The notes beneath the pieces were generated by a model. That model saw only the letters and a list, made by a program, of their open reading frames with translations. It did no database searches and was not told the origin of the DNA. From positions 384,001-448,000 of the forward strand of contig CAVSZB010000003.1 of NCBI GenBank assembly GCA_963732385.1: a stretch of 64,000 nucleotides of DNA, read 5' to 3'. Each line of letters starts with the position of its first letter. The stretch's first letter is position 1. The translations under genes were made by a program, and so were the position numbers. Below, in pieces: positions 27,596-36,392 of the stretch. Source of the stretch: an uncultured bacterium (GTDB taxonomy: Bacteria > Krumholzibacteriota > Krumholzibacteriia > LZORAL124-64-63).

Positions 27596-27625
27596 ATGTA
27601 CGCTTGGCGTACATTGTGCTATAGT
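27596..27625 (+). promoter_or_regulatory. Palindromic operator and extended -10 of the TA operon
   Basis: ATGTACGC-TTG-GCGTACAT (27596-27614) followed by TGcTATAGT (27617-27625). Confidence 0.65.
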
Positions 27626-27637
27626 ACAGGGGGATCA

Positions 27638-27928
27638 ATGACGACAGAAGAAGCGGAGGGCATTCTCCGGCGTGTTAGCCGTCAGGAGATTCAGTTGGCG
27701 TTCACGCAACACTTCAAGGACCGCGCCGAGGAAAGGCATCCCGGCCTAACTGCGGTTCATGTCTATCAGGTCCTTCGGATCGGAAAGATCTGGGGGACGC
27801 CGGAATGGGTCGAACAGTACAAGAACTATGCAGTTGAGGTGAGGGCGAAATTGCCTGATTTGGGACAGGTCAAGATTCTATTTGGGATCTCTGATCGTCC
27901 AAGCGTTTGCTGTGTAACGGTTTATTAG
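27638..27928 (+). CDS. DUF4258-like putative toxin
   Basis: 96 aa; FTQHFKDRAEER motif; ends in VTVY; upstream of a Zn-finger/HTH gene; low GC. Confidence 0.7.
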   Translation: MTTEEAEGILRRVSRQEIQLAFTQHFKDRAEERHPGLTAVHVYQVLRIGKIWGTPEWVEQYKNYAVEVRAKLPDLGQVKILFGISDRPSVCCVTVY

Positions 27929-27949
27929 ATTATCGGAGGGTTGATCGCC

Positions 27950-28540
27950 GTGAAAAATAGGTGCCCAATTTGCGGATCGCCCGATGTGGCGGTCGAAACT
28001 CCCAAGAAGTACCAATACGATAACTGCGGGCTCCCCAATGTGTTACTCATTGGCAACGGAGTAATTGTCTTTGATTGTCATTCCTGCAAGAGCACGGCCA
28101 CCACGATAGTGAACGAACAGCAGCTTATTCAGGTTCTCGGACTCAGGCTTGTGACGGCTCCCCTGGGAATCAAGGGATACGAGATGAAGTTTCTTCGCGC
28201 GCTATATGGGATGACACAGACAGAAATGGCGAAGGAGTTCCCAAGGCGCCGCCGAGAGACAATCTCCGAATGGGAGGCCAAGGGCCGGATCTTTCAGAAT
28301 CCAAACGACGAGGTGTTGCCCAGGCTGGTTCTTCTACGGCTCTTTAGTGACCGGGTGATTGAATCGGACCATTCTTTTCTGAGCATCAACCACACCAAGA
28401 AGTACCTGGAGTTCACTCGGTCGATTGTAGACAACATCCCCGAAATGATTGAGGAGAAGAGGGCTAAATCGCCACTTAGCGCCTGCCACCAGTCGCACAA
28501 GAGGGCGTGGACGCTAGACTGTACGCCAGCTTTAGCCTAG
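27950..28540 (+). CDS. MqsA/YgiT-like zinc-finger plus XRE HTH antitoxin
   Basis: CPICG...Y..CGLPNVLL...CHSC; MKFLR..YGMTQ.EMA......ETISEWE; GTG start after GGAGG. Confidence 0.75.
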   Translation: MKNRCPICGSPDVAVETPKKYQYDNCGLPNVLLIGNGVIVFDCHSCKSTATTIVNEQQLIQVLGLRLVTAPLGIKGYEMKFLRALYGMTQTEMAKEFPRRRRETISEWEAKGRIFQNPNDEVLPRLVLLRLFSDRVIESDHSFLSINHTKKYLEFTRSIVDNIPEMIEEKRAKSPLSACHQSHKRAWTLDCTPALA

Positions 28541-28590
28541 ACCATCTTCGTAAGTGGGCCGCGTCTTGATGGCGCGACCCACCATCATTC

Positions 28591-28611
28591 GTTTCAACTT
28601 AGGACACTACC
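28591..28611. mobile_element. Solitary IS1-family-like terminal inverted repeat
   Basis: Reverse complement GGTAGTGTCCTAAGTTGAAAC resembles GGT(A/G)xTG IS1-family ends; coincides with the right edge of the low-GC segment; no transposase or partner end seen. Confidence 0.45.
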
Positions 28612-28626
28612 GGGACAGGAGCCCGC

Positions 28627-28656
28627 TTGACGACCGCCCGGTCGCCGAATGATAAT
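28627..28656 (+). promoter_or_regulatory. Sigma70-like promoter
   Basis: TTGACG-N18-GATAAT. Confidence 0.5.
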
Positions 28657-28717
28657 CATTGTTCAGCTGTGGCGCGCGATGTCGGCCCGATCCGGCCCTT
28701 GGAAAGGATGGCCAATC

Positions 28718-29425
28718 ATGCAGACCCGCGGAATTCTCGCGTGTCTCCTGGCCTTGTCGTGGCTTGCCGGGTGCAGTGATTCCTCGAAACCCGAGGCCAC
28801 CAACAGCGATCTCCGCGGTCAGATCGTTGACGCCTTCGGTCTGCCGGTGGCCGGCGCGGGGGTCGTCCTGGAGTATGCCTCCGATCCTCCGGCGGGCAGC
28901 GCGTACGACAAACCCCAGACCGGCATCGAATTCAACCTGCCCGAGGCGGGTTCGATCAGCCTCTGGATCGGTTCCTTCTGTGACGGCGATACGGTGCGGG
29001 TGCTCGTGGGCGGGGAGTTGCCGCCCGGCCAGCACACGGTCATCTGGGACGGCAAAGACGGCGAGGGCCGGATCCTGCCGGACGGCGTCTACCGGTATCA
29101 TCTCGTGACGGTCGACGGGGAGAAGCAGGAGCTGTTTCCGCTCTTCCACCTCGGGTACCGGAGCCTGCCGGCTGATGCGGTCGTGGCGCCGCTGGTCGTG
29201 ACCGACGCGCATGGGCGATTCGCCCTGGGCCAGGGCTGCCTGCCGCTGGACTTCACGTTCGGCAGCACCAACGAACTTGGAGAGCCGATCGGGACCCGCA
29301 CCATCACGCGGGCGGTCCGGGTCTGGGCGTGGGCGGGGGAGGGCGGCGCGCTCACCGCCGGCCCGGTCGTGACCGTCGATCCCGAAACTGGCGCCGACGT
29401 CACCGTGACCGTCGGCAACCGATAG
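28718..29425 (+). CDS. Lipoprotein with internal FlgD-Ig-like domain
   Basis: Lipobox LAGC; VRVLV......GQHTVIWDGKD.EG...PDGVY. Confidence 0.8.
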   Translation: MQTRGILACLLALSWLAGCSDSSKPEATNSDLRGQIVDAFGLPVAGAGVVLEYASDPPAGSAYDKPQTGIEFNLPEAGSISLWIGSFCDGDTVRVLVGGELPPGQHTVIWDGKDGEGRILPDGVYRYHLVTVDGEKQELFPLFHLGYRSLPADAVVAPLVVTDAHGRFALGQGCLPLDFTFGSTNELGEPIGTRTITRAVRVWAWAGEGGALTAGPVVTVDPETGADVTVTVGNR

Positions 29426-29467
29426 AGCCTGCGGGAGCGCTTCTCCCCCGGAGCGTCGTCGCCGCCG

Positions 29468-30526
29468 CTAGACGTCCCGCAGCAGCGTCGCACGCAGGCC
29501 GTGGGTCGTTTCGACGGCGCAGCGGCCGTCGGGACGCCGCGCGACCAGCAGCCCCTCCACCCCCGGCAGCGTTTCGAGCATGCGCCGCCCCTCGGCCGCC
29601 GACAGCACGATGCAGGCGGTGGCCAGCGCGTCGGCCTGCATGGCGGTCGGGGCGAGGATGGTGGCGCTGACGACCCCGGTCGTCGTTTCGCCGCTGCGCG
29701 GATCGACGATGTGGCTGACGCGGCGGCCGTCGAGCTCGGCGAACTGCTCGTAGGTGCCGCTCGTGGCGACGGCGGTGGCGTCGGTAAGCTCGAGGGTGGC
29801 GAGCAGGCCGTCGGCGCGCAGCGGATCGCGCACGCCGATGCGCCAGGGGGAGCCGTCGGGCTGCGGGCCGGCGGCGCGGATGTCGCCGCCGGCGTTGACC
29901 AGGCCGGTCTGGCCGGCGGCGGCCAGCGCGGCGGCGGCGCGGTCGGCGCCGTAGCCCTTGGCGATGCCGCCGAGGTCGAGGGCCATCGCTTCGGCGCCGA
30001 GCGTGGCGGTGTCGCCGGCGAGCGTGAGCCGGCCGAAACCGACCCGCGCCAGCGCCTCGCGCATGTCGTCGCGCGACGGCACGCGGGTGGGGCGCCCCTC
30101 GCGGAAGCCCCACGCCTGGAGCAGCGGGGGGACCGTGGGGTCGAACGAGCCGTGGGTGAGCAGGTGCGTCTCGCGCGCCGCCTCGAGCACCGCGCGCAGT
30201 TCCGCCGACAGCGGCACCGGCGCCCCGGCCGCGGCGGCGTTGAGGCGGCTCAGTTCGCTGGCGGGCAGGAAGTACGACATCCGTTCCTCGACCCGGCGGG
30301 CCGCATCGAGCGCGGCGGGCATGACGTGCCCGCCGGCCGTCTCGGGCACGGTCAACTCCAGGTAGGTGCCCATCGCCACGAAGCGGCCGTTGGTCAGGCC
30401 GCGCTGCGCGGCCGCCTGCCGCGTCGCGCCGAAGCGCCAGGCCGCTGCTCCCACCACCGCGGCCCCGCCCAACGCCAGGAAGGCGCGGCGGGACAGCGTG
30501 CCGTTGTCGCGATCGTCAAGACGCAT
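29468..30526 (-). CDS. apbE: FAD:protein FMN transferase
   Basis: Tat motif SRRAFL; AMGT, FDPTV, DLGGIAKGY, VATSG.YE, HIVDPRSG, ADALAT. Confidence 0.93.
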   Translation of the reverse strand: MRLDDRDNGTLSRRAFLALGGAAVVGAAAWRFGATRQAAAQRGLTNGRFVAMGTYLELTVPETAGGHVMPAALDAARRVEERMSYFLPASELSRLNAAAAGAPVPLSAELRAVLEAARETHLLTHGSFDPTVPPLLQAWGFREGRPTRVPSRDDMREALARVGFGRLTLAGDTATLGAEAMALDLGGIAKGYGADRAAAALAAAGQTGLVNAGGDIRAAGPQPDGSPWRIGVRDPLRADGLLATLELTDATAVATSGTYEQFAELDGRRVSHIVDPRSGETTTGVVSATILAPTAMQADALATACIVLSAAEGRRMLETLPGVEGLLVARRPDGRCAVETTHGLRATLLRDV

Positions 30527-30992
30527 GATCCATCCCTCTGTCCTGAAAAATGCCGGTGATCCGCGCCCGGAAGCGCCGGGCGCCCGGTCGTTGCGGGTTG
30601 CGGATTCTCGAGTCGATCAACCGTACGATACCGAAGCCGGCGGCCGCACCCGCCAGCGCTCCGAGCGCGCTGAGCGGGTCGCGGTGCGGCGCCAGCGGGG
30701 TCCCGCCGAGCGCCGACCAGGTGCCGAAAGCCGCCACCAGGAGGGTGGCGAGCGGGATCAGGTAGACCGTCACGCAGGCGGTCAGGAAAGCGCTGTCGTC
30801 GAGTTCGAGCGTGATGCGCTGGCCGACGGCGGCGCCGAGCGGGTTCGCGGCCGGCAGCAGCAGGCGGCGCTGGCCGAAGGTCATCGCGCAGGCGCCGCGC
30901 GCGTGGCAGCCGTCGCAGGCCGCCCCGCGCTCCACCTCCACCGTGGCCGCCCCGTCGGGGCGCTGCTCCACGATCACGCCGGTCTCGATCAT
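30516..30992 (-). CDS. rseC: RseC/MucC family membrane protein
   Basis: IETGVI, AC.GC....AC, A.VG..I.L, VYLIPL and two TMs; lies between rnfB and apbE. Confidence 0.85.
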   Translation of the reverse strand: MIETGVIVEQRPDGAATVEVERGAACDGCHARGACAMTFGQRRLLLPAANPLGAAVGQRITLELDDSAFLTACVTVYLIPLATLLVAAFGTWSALGGTPLAPHRDPLSALGALAGAAAGFGIVRLIDSRIRNPQRPGARRFRARITGIFQDRGMDHAS

Positions 30993-31957
30993 GACGGCTC
31001 CGGGGGATTCGTCGGGGCCGGCGGGGGCGCAACAGCGGCCGCAGCCGCAGCTTTCGCGGCCGCCTTGCGCGCCGCCTCGGCCGCCCGGCGTTCCGCCGCG
31101 AGGCGCTCCGCCTCGGCGCGCACGCCCGGCTCGGGGGTAGCGCCGCGGGCGTAGACCAGCACGCCCGGCTTACAGGCGTCCACGCACAGGCCGCAGCCGA
31201 CGCATTTCTCATCACTGCGCACCGGCCGGCGGCCGTCCCAGACCAGGGCGTCGTGCGGGCAGGCCTTCAGGCAGAGACGGCAGGCGAGACAGGCCGCGCC
31301 GCACGCCGGGCGCGCCTCCTTGGGCGTCAGATCGGTGCTGCAGCCGACGTACACGGTCGTGGCGTGCGGCTCGATGACCAGCACCCCCTTGGGACAGGCG
31401 CTCACGCACTGTCCGCAGGCCGTGCACTTCTCCTCGTCGATGACCGGCAGGCCGTTGGCGCCCATCGTGAGGGCGCCGAACAGGCAGATGCGGACGCAGT
31501 CGCCCAGCCCCTCGCAACCGCGAGGACACGCCTTGGCGCCGGCGGGGGAGACGAGCAGCAGGGCGCGGCAGGAATCCACGCCGGTGTACGTGACCCGGGA
31601 TACCGCGGTGTCGGCGTGGCCGCGACAGCGCAGGCGGACGACCGCCCGGACGCGATCGGCCACTTCCAGGCCGAGAATGGCGCCGATCTTCTGCGCCACC
31701 TCGGAGCCGCCGGGGTTGCAGGCGGTGACGTCGGCCTTGCCGTCGATGAGCGCGGCGGCGAAACCGCCGCAGCCGGGGAAGCCGCAGCCGCCGCAGTTGG
31801 CGCCCGGCAGGATGGCGATCAGGTCGTCGATGCGCGGATCCTGTTCGACCTTGAAGAACTTCGACGCGCCGGCCAGCAGCGCCGCCGAGGCGATGCCGAC
31901 CGAGCCGAGCGAAGCCGCGCTGATGACGATGATCCGCGGATCTATCACGTCAGCCAC
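30989..31957 (-). CDS. rnfB: Rnf complex subunit B
   Basis: LPGANCGGCGFPGC; several CxxCxxCxxxC ferredoxin motifs. Confidence 0.92.
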   Translation of the reverse strand: MADVIDPRIIVISAASLGSVGIASAALLAGASKFFKVEQDPRIDDLIAILPGANCGGCGFPGCGGFAAALIDGKADVTACNPGGSEVAQKIGAILGLEVADRVRAVVRLRCRGHADTAVSRVTYTGVDSCRALLLVSPAGAKACPRGCEGLGDCVRICLFGALTMGANGLPVIDEEKCTACGQCVSACPKGVLVIEPHATTVYVGCSTDLTPKEARPACGAACLACRLCLKACPHDALVWDGRRPVRSDEKCVGCGLCVDACKPGVLVYARGATPEPGVRAEAERLAAERRAAEAARKAAAKAAAAAAVAPPPAPTNPPEPS

Positions 31958-31958
31958 C

Positions 31959-32549
31959 TCACATCTTCACGAGACCGGCGAAACCGAGGAACGCCAGCGC
32001 CAGGATGCTCGCCGTCACGAGTGCAATCGGCATGCCGCGCAGGATGCGCGGGGTGGCGGTCATGATGTCGAGCCGCTGGCGGATGCCGGCGAACAGCACC
32101 ATCACGAGGCCGAAGCCGATCGACGAGCCCGTCGCGAAGACCACGGTCTTGAGGAATGAGAATTCCTTGGTAATCGACAGCAGCGCCGCGCCGAGCACCG
32201 CGCAGTTGGTGGTGATCAGCGGCAGGTAGATCCCGAGCGCCTGGAACAGCCCCGGCGACACCTTGCGCACCACCATCTCCACGAACTGCACCAGCGCCGC
32301 GATCACCAGGATGAACACGATCGTGCGCAGGAAGCCGAGGTGGAACGGCACCAGCAGCGAATAATACAGCAGCCAGCAGATCACCGAGGCGACCGTGATC
32401 ACGAACACGACCGCCAGGCTCATGCCGACGGCCGATTCGATCTTCCGGCTGACGCCCAGGAACGGGCAGATGCCCAGGAACTGGGCCAGCAGGAAGTTGT
32501 TGACCAGCATCGCCCACAGGACCAGCTGCAGATAGCTCGTGATCTCCAT
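31959..32549 (-). CDS. rnfA: Rnf complex subunit A
   Basis: LVNN..L.QFLGICPF.GVS, LGIYLPLITTNCAVLG. Confidence 0.95.
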   Translation of the reverse strand: MEITSYLQLVLWAMLVNNFLLAQFLGICPFLGVSRKIESAVGMSLAVVFVITVASVICWLLYYSLLVPFHLGFLRTIVFILVIAALVQFVEMVVRKVSPGLFQALGIYLPLITTNCAVLGAALLSITKEFSFLKTVVFATGSSIGFGLVMVLFAGIRQRLDIMTATPRILRGMPIALVTASILALAFLGFAGLVKM

Positions 32550-32550
32550 G

Positions 32551-33174
32551 TCAGGCCCTCTCGCCCAGCCGCTTCACGCCGGCCATCAGCAGCCCGAGGG
32601 TGAGGAACGCGCCGGGCGGCAACGTCATCACCAAAATCGGGCTGGCCTTGAAGCCGGCGCCCAGCGGCGCGATCTCGAACGGCGTGCCCGAAAGCAGCGT
32701 GCCGTTGCCCAGCAGCTCGCGGATCACGCCCATCGCCACGAGGGCGATCATGAATCCGATGCCCATGCCCAACCCGTCGAGCGCGGAGCGCCAGACACCG
32801 TTCTTGGAGGCGAACGCCTCGGCGCGCCCGAGGATGATGCAGTTGACCACGATCAGCGGGATGAACACGCCCAGCGCCTGGTGGAGGGGGAACATGAACC
32901 CCTCCATGAGCAGGTCCACCATGGTCACGAATGAGGCGATGACCACGATGAAGGCCGGAATGCGCACGCCGTCGGGGATGAACTTGCGCAGCATGCTGAT
33001 GACGATGTTCGAGCAGACCAGCACGAAGGTGGCGGCCACGCCCATGCCGAAGCCGTTGAAGACCGTGGTGCTCGTGGCCAGCGCGGGGCAGGTGCCGAGC
33101 ACGAGGATGAAGAGGGGATTCTCCCTGATGAATCCCTTCGTGACCTCGCGGGCCGCGGTGACGTTCTCAGCCAC
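32551..33174 (-). CDS. rnfE: Rnf complex subunit E
   Basis: ENP....LG.CP.LA, PLIVVNCIILGRAEAFA, LPPGAF. Confidence 0.95.
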   Translation of the reverse strand: MAENVTAAREVTKGFIRENPLFILVLGTCPALATSTTVFNGFGMGVAATFVLVCSNIVISMLRKFIPDGVRIPAFIVVIASFVTMVDLLMEGFMFPLHQALGVFIPLIVVNCIILGRAEAFASKNGVWRSALDGLGMGIGFMIALVAMGVIRELLGNGTLLSGTPFEIAPLGAGFKASPILVMTLPPGAFLTLGLLMAGVKRLGERA

Positions 33175-33799
33175 TGACGCCTCCTTCGGCGGGCGCGGGG
33201 GGGGCGGCCGGCGCGGGGTCGCCCGGCGGCGCCGCCAGCCGCGGCGCGCTCTCGCGCATCGCCTTCACCGCCGCGTTGACCGCGCGGGTCACGCAGCGCG
33301 AAGAGATCGTCGCGCCGGTGATCGCCTGGATCGTGCCGCCGTCCTTGGTAACGCCCAGCCCCGGCGCCGGCGGCGTCAGGCCGCGGAACTGCCCGGAGAA
33401 CTTCTCCTCGCCCATCTTGCTGCCGAGGCCGGGGGTCTCCTTGTGCGCGAGCACCCGGATCGCGTGGACGGAGCCGTCCGCGAGCACCCCGACCATCAGC
33501 GTGACATCGCCGCCGTAGCCGCCGCGGTCGGTCACCTTGACGGCGGCCCCCATCAGCGCGCCGTCGCGGTAGGCGGGGTACATCTCGGGCTGGCCGGGGT
33601 CGAGCGCGGCCTTCGCCTGCGCGGCGTCGACCACCCGGTCGAATTCCGGCAGCACGGTCCGGATCGCCTGCTGCACGACGGCGGCGCGCGAGGCGGCGAT
33701 CGGGGCCTTGGTCACTTCGAAGACCGTGGCCAGCGTGGCGGCGGCCGCGGTGCAGATGACGGCGAGCACCAGCGCGTAGCGAACGAGCATCCGGATCAC
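33167..33799 (-). CDS. rnfG: Rnf complex subunit G
   Basis: N-terminal TM, GYGG, ETPGLG, ITGATISS (FMN-Thr); GTG start overlaps the rnfD stop, GGAGG RBS. Confidence 0.92.
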   Translation of the reverse strand: MIRMLVRYALVLAVICTAAAATLATVFEVTKAPIAASRAAVVQQAIRTVLPEFDRVVDAAQAKAALDPGQPEMYPAYRDGALMGAAVKVTDRGGYGGDVTLMVGVLADGSVHAIRVLAHKETPGLGSKMGEEKFSGQFRGLTPPAPGLGVTKDGGTIQAITGATISSRCVTRAVNAAVKAMRESAPRLAAPPGDPAPAAPPAPAEGGVSG

Positions 33800-34875
33800 G
33801 ACGCCACCTCCGTGCGCGCGGTCACCGAACCGAACGTGCGCGGTCGCAGGTAGTGGTCGATCATCGGGGTGCCGGCGTTCATGAGCAGGATCGCGAAGCT
33901 GACCCCTTCCGGATAACCGCCCCAGAGGCGGATCACCGCGGTCAGCAGTCCGCAGCCGGTCCCGTAGATGAGCCGCCCCCGGAAGGTGATCGGGCAGGTC
34001 ACCATGTCGGTGGCCATGAAGAAAGCGCCCAGGATCAGGCCGCCCGCGAGTACGTGCAGGTGCGGCGCCAGGTAGTCCTGTGGTCCGCCCAGCACCCAGG
34101 CCGCGCCGGTCACCACGAACGTGGTGCCGATGAAGGCTGCCGGCACTTCCCAGGTGATGACCCGCTTCCAGAGCAGCAGAGCGCCGCCGATCAGCAGCGC
34201 GATGGCGCTGATCTCGCCCACGCTGCCGCCGAGGTTGCCGAAGAAGAGGTCGGCGCTGCTCGCGGAGAGTTCGCCCAGGCGCCCCTCCTTGAGCAGGCCG
34301 AGCGGCGTGGCTTCGGTGATCGCCGCGAGGTCGGAGCCCGGTGCGAGCCAGCCGCGGATGCCGGGCCGCAGCCAGGTCGTCATGTACGTGGGCCAGGAGA
34401 CGAGCAGGAAGACGCGCGCGGTCAGGGCCGGATTGAAGATGTTGCTGCCCAACCCTCCGAACAGGTGCTTGGCGACGACGATGGCGACGATCGCCCCGCA
34501 CAGGATCAGCCACCACGGCGCGGTGGGCGGCAGGTTCATGCCGAGCAGCAGGCCGGTTACGACGGCCGACCAGTCGGACAGCGTGCCGGGCGTGCGCATC
34601 ACGCGCAGGCAGAGCCACTCCACGCCGACGCAGAAGAGCGTGGAGAGCGCCAGCACGCGCAGTGCCGATACGCCGAAGAACCAGAGCGAGACCGCGGTTG
34701 CAGGCAGCAGCGCGATCAGCACCCAGCGCATGATCCACGGCACCGTCTCGGGCGAATGCAGGTGCGGCGCGGGGCCGACGTGCAGCGCCGGGCGGGCGGG
34801 AGCGGCGACCGGCGCGGGGGCGCGCGGGGCCGCGGCGGCGGTCCCCTCAGGACCTGGCTTTGGACTTGCGGTCAT
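33796..34875 (-). CDS. rnfD: Rnf complex subunit D
   Basis: KHLFGGLG.N.FNPAL, ITEATPL (FMN-Thr), FFMATD, GGYPEG. Confidence 0.95.
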   Translation of the reverse strand: MTASPKPGPEGTAAAAPRAPAPVAAPARPALHVGPAPHLHSPETVPWIMRWVLIALLPATAVSLWFFGVSALRVLALSTLFCVGVEWLCLRVMRTPGTLSDWSAVVTGLLLGMNLPPTAPWWLILCGAIVAIVVAKHLFGGLGSNIFNPALTARVFLLVSWPTYMTTWLRPGIRGWLAPGSDLAAITEATPLGLLKEGRLGELSASSADLFFGNLGGSVGEISAIALLIGGALLLWKRVITWEVPAAFIGTTFVVTGAAWVLGGPQDYLAPHLHVLAGGLILGAFFMATDMVTCPITFRGRLIYGTGCGLLTAVIRLWGGYPEGVSFAILLMNAGTPMIDHYLRPRTFGSVTARTEVAS

Positions 34876-36211
34876 GGACCTTCGCCTTGCCGAGCCTCAA
34901 CGTCTGGACGAGCCAGCGATTAGAGGGGCAGATGTACGCACAGGATCCGCACTCCATGCATTCCTGGAGATGCAGCGCCTCCGCGGTGTCGAGATCCACG
35001 ATCTCCACCCGCAGCGCCAGTTCGCTCGGCTGCAGCCCGAGCGGGCAGGCCTCGCCGCAGCGGCCGCAGCGGATGCAGGGGTGGGGGACCGGGTCGGGCA
35101 CGTCGTCCCGGGTGAAGAACAGCAGACCCGAAGTGGCCTTGACGACCGGCACGTCGAGGTTGCCGAGGGCGGCGCCCATCATCGGTCCGCCGGCGATCAC
35201 GCGTGTCGGCGGCGAACTCAGACCGCCGCAGAACTCGAGCACTTCCGGCAGCGGCGTTCCCAGGCGCACGCGCAGGTTCGAAGGGCGGCAGACGGCCGAC
35301 CCCGACACCGTCAGGACCCGCTCGATGAGCGGGATCCCCTCTCTCACCGCACGGGCGACCGCGGCCGCCGTACCGACGTTCTGCACGACGACGCCCACGT
35401 CCAGCGGCAGCCCCGGCGGCGGCGGCACCTCGCGGCCGGTGAGGGCCTGGATGAGCTGCTTCTCGGCCCCCTGCGGGTACTTCACCCGGCAGCCGACCAC
35501 CTCAATGTCGGGATGGCCGGCGAAGGCGGCGGTCAGCTTCGCGATGGCGTCGGGCTTGTTCTGTTCGATACCGACGATCACGCGCGGCGCGCCGAGCACG
35601 CGCTGGAGGATGCGCACGCCGTGGACCACGGCGTCGGTCTCCTCGAGCATCGTGCGGTGGTCGCAGGTGAGGAACGGTTCGCATTCGGCGCCGTTGATGA
35701 TCAGCAGGTCGATCGTCTTCCCGGCGGGCGGCGACAGCTTGACGTGCGTGGGGAAGGCCGCGCCGCCGAGGCCCACCAGGCCGGCCGCCTGGATCAGCGC
35801 CTTCAGTTCGGCGGGGCTCGCCTGCTCATAATCCGGCCGTGCGTCCGGCAGGCGCCACGGCGGCGGCGGCCACGGCGCGCCGTCGACACCGGTGTCGCGG
35901 GCCTCGATCTCGACGCTCTCGCACGGGAACCCGCCGGGATGGAGGCGCGGACCGATGAAGGTGACCTCGCCGGCGATCGGCGCGTGCACCGGCGCCGAGA
36001 CGAACCCGGCGGCCTCCGCCACCGGCTGTCCTTCCGCCACGCGGTCGCCGACCTGCACGAGCGTCCTGGCCGGCACGCCGAGATGCTGGCGCAGCGGCAG
36101 CCGCACGCGCAGCGGCGCCGGCATGACACGGATCGGCTCGTGCTCGGTGAGGTGTTTGGCCTCGGGGGGGTGGACCCCGCCCCGGAACGTGTGCGAGATG
36201 GCCATGGTCAT
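34847..36211 (-). CDS. rnfC: Rnf complex subunit C
   Basis: TFRGGVHP, GLGGAAFPTHVK, NGAECEP, GGPMMG, two 4Fe-4S motifs; start 36211 or 36205. Confidence 0.95.
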   Translation of the reverse strand: MTMAISHTFRGGVHPPEAKHLTEHEPIRVMPAPLRVRLPLRQHLGVPARTLVQVGDRVAEGQPVAEAAGFVSAPVHAPIAGEVTFIGPRLHPGGFPCESVEIEARDTGVDGAPWPPPPWRLPDARPDYEQASPAELKALIQAAGLVGLGGAAFPTHVKLSPPAGKTIDLLIINGAECEPFLTCDHRTMLEETDAVVHGVRILQRVLGAPRVIVGIEQNKPDAIAKLTAAFAGHPDIEVVGCRVKYPQGAEKQLIQALTGREVPPPPGLPLDVGVVVQNVGTAAAVARAVREGIPLIERVLTVSGSAVCRPSNLRVRLGTPLPEVLEFCGGLSSPPTRVIAGGPMMGAALGNLDVPVVKATSGLLFFTRDDVPDPVPHPCIRCGRCGEACPLGLQPSELALRVEIVDLDTAEALHLQECMECGSCAYICPSNRWLVQTLRLGKAKVHDRKSKARS

Positions 36212-36392
36212 CGTGCCGGAGGCTAGGGTCGGAACCGGTGACGCCGGCGCGCCTTCAGTTCCCGCATTGCGCGGACCGCGGCTGTTCCTCCACCCCACCC
36301 GCCGCGAAAGCTAGTATCCGCACGGACGTTTCCCAAGAAAAACCGGGGCAGGTGTGCACGGGCAAGTCCCGGTCATTCCATGTGATATGGGC

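Noticed and set aside
33800..34738. Long N-terminal extension of RnfG, and similar extensions in the metal ABC genes
   Set aside because: They overlap upstream genes in another frame; true starts overlap the upstream stops and have RBSs.
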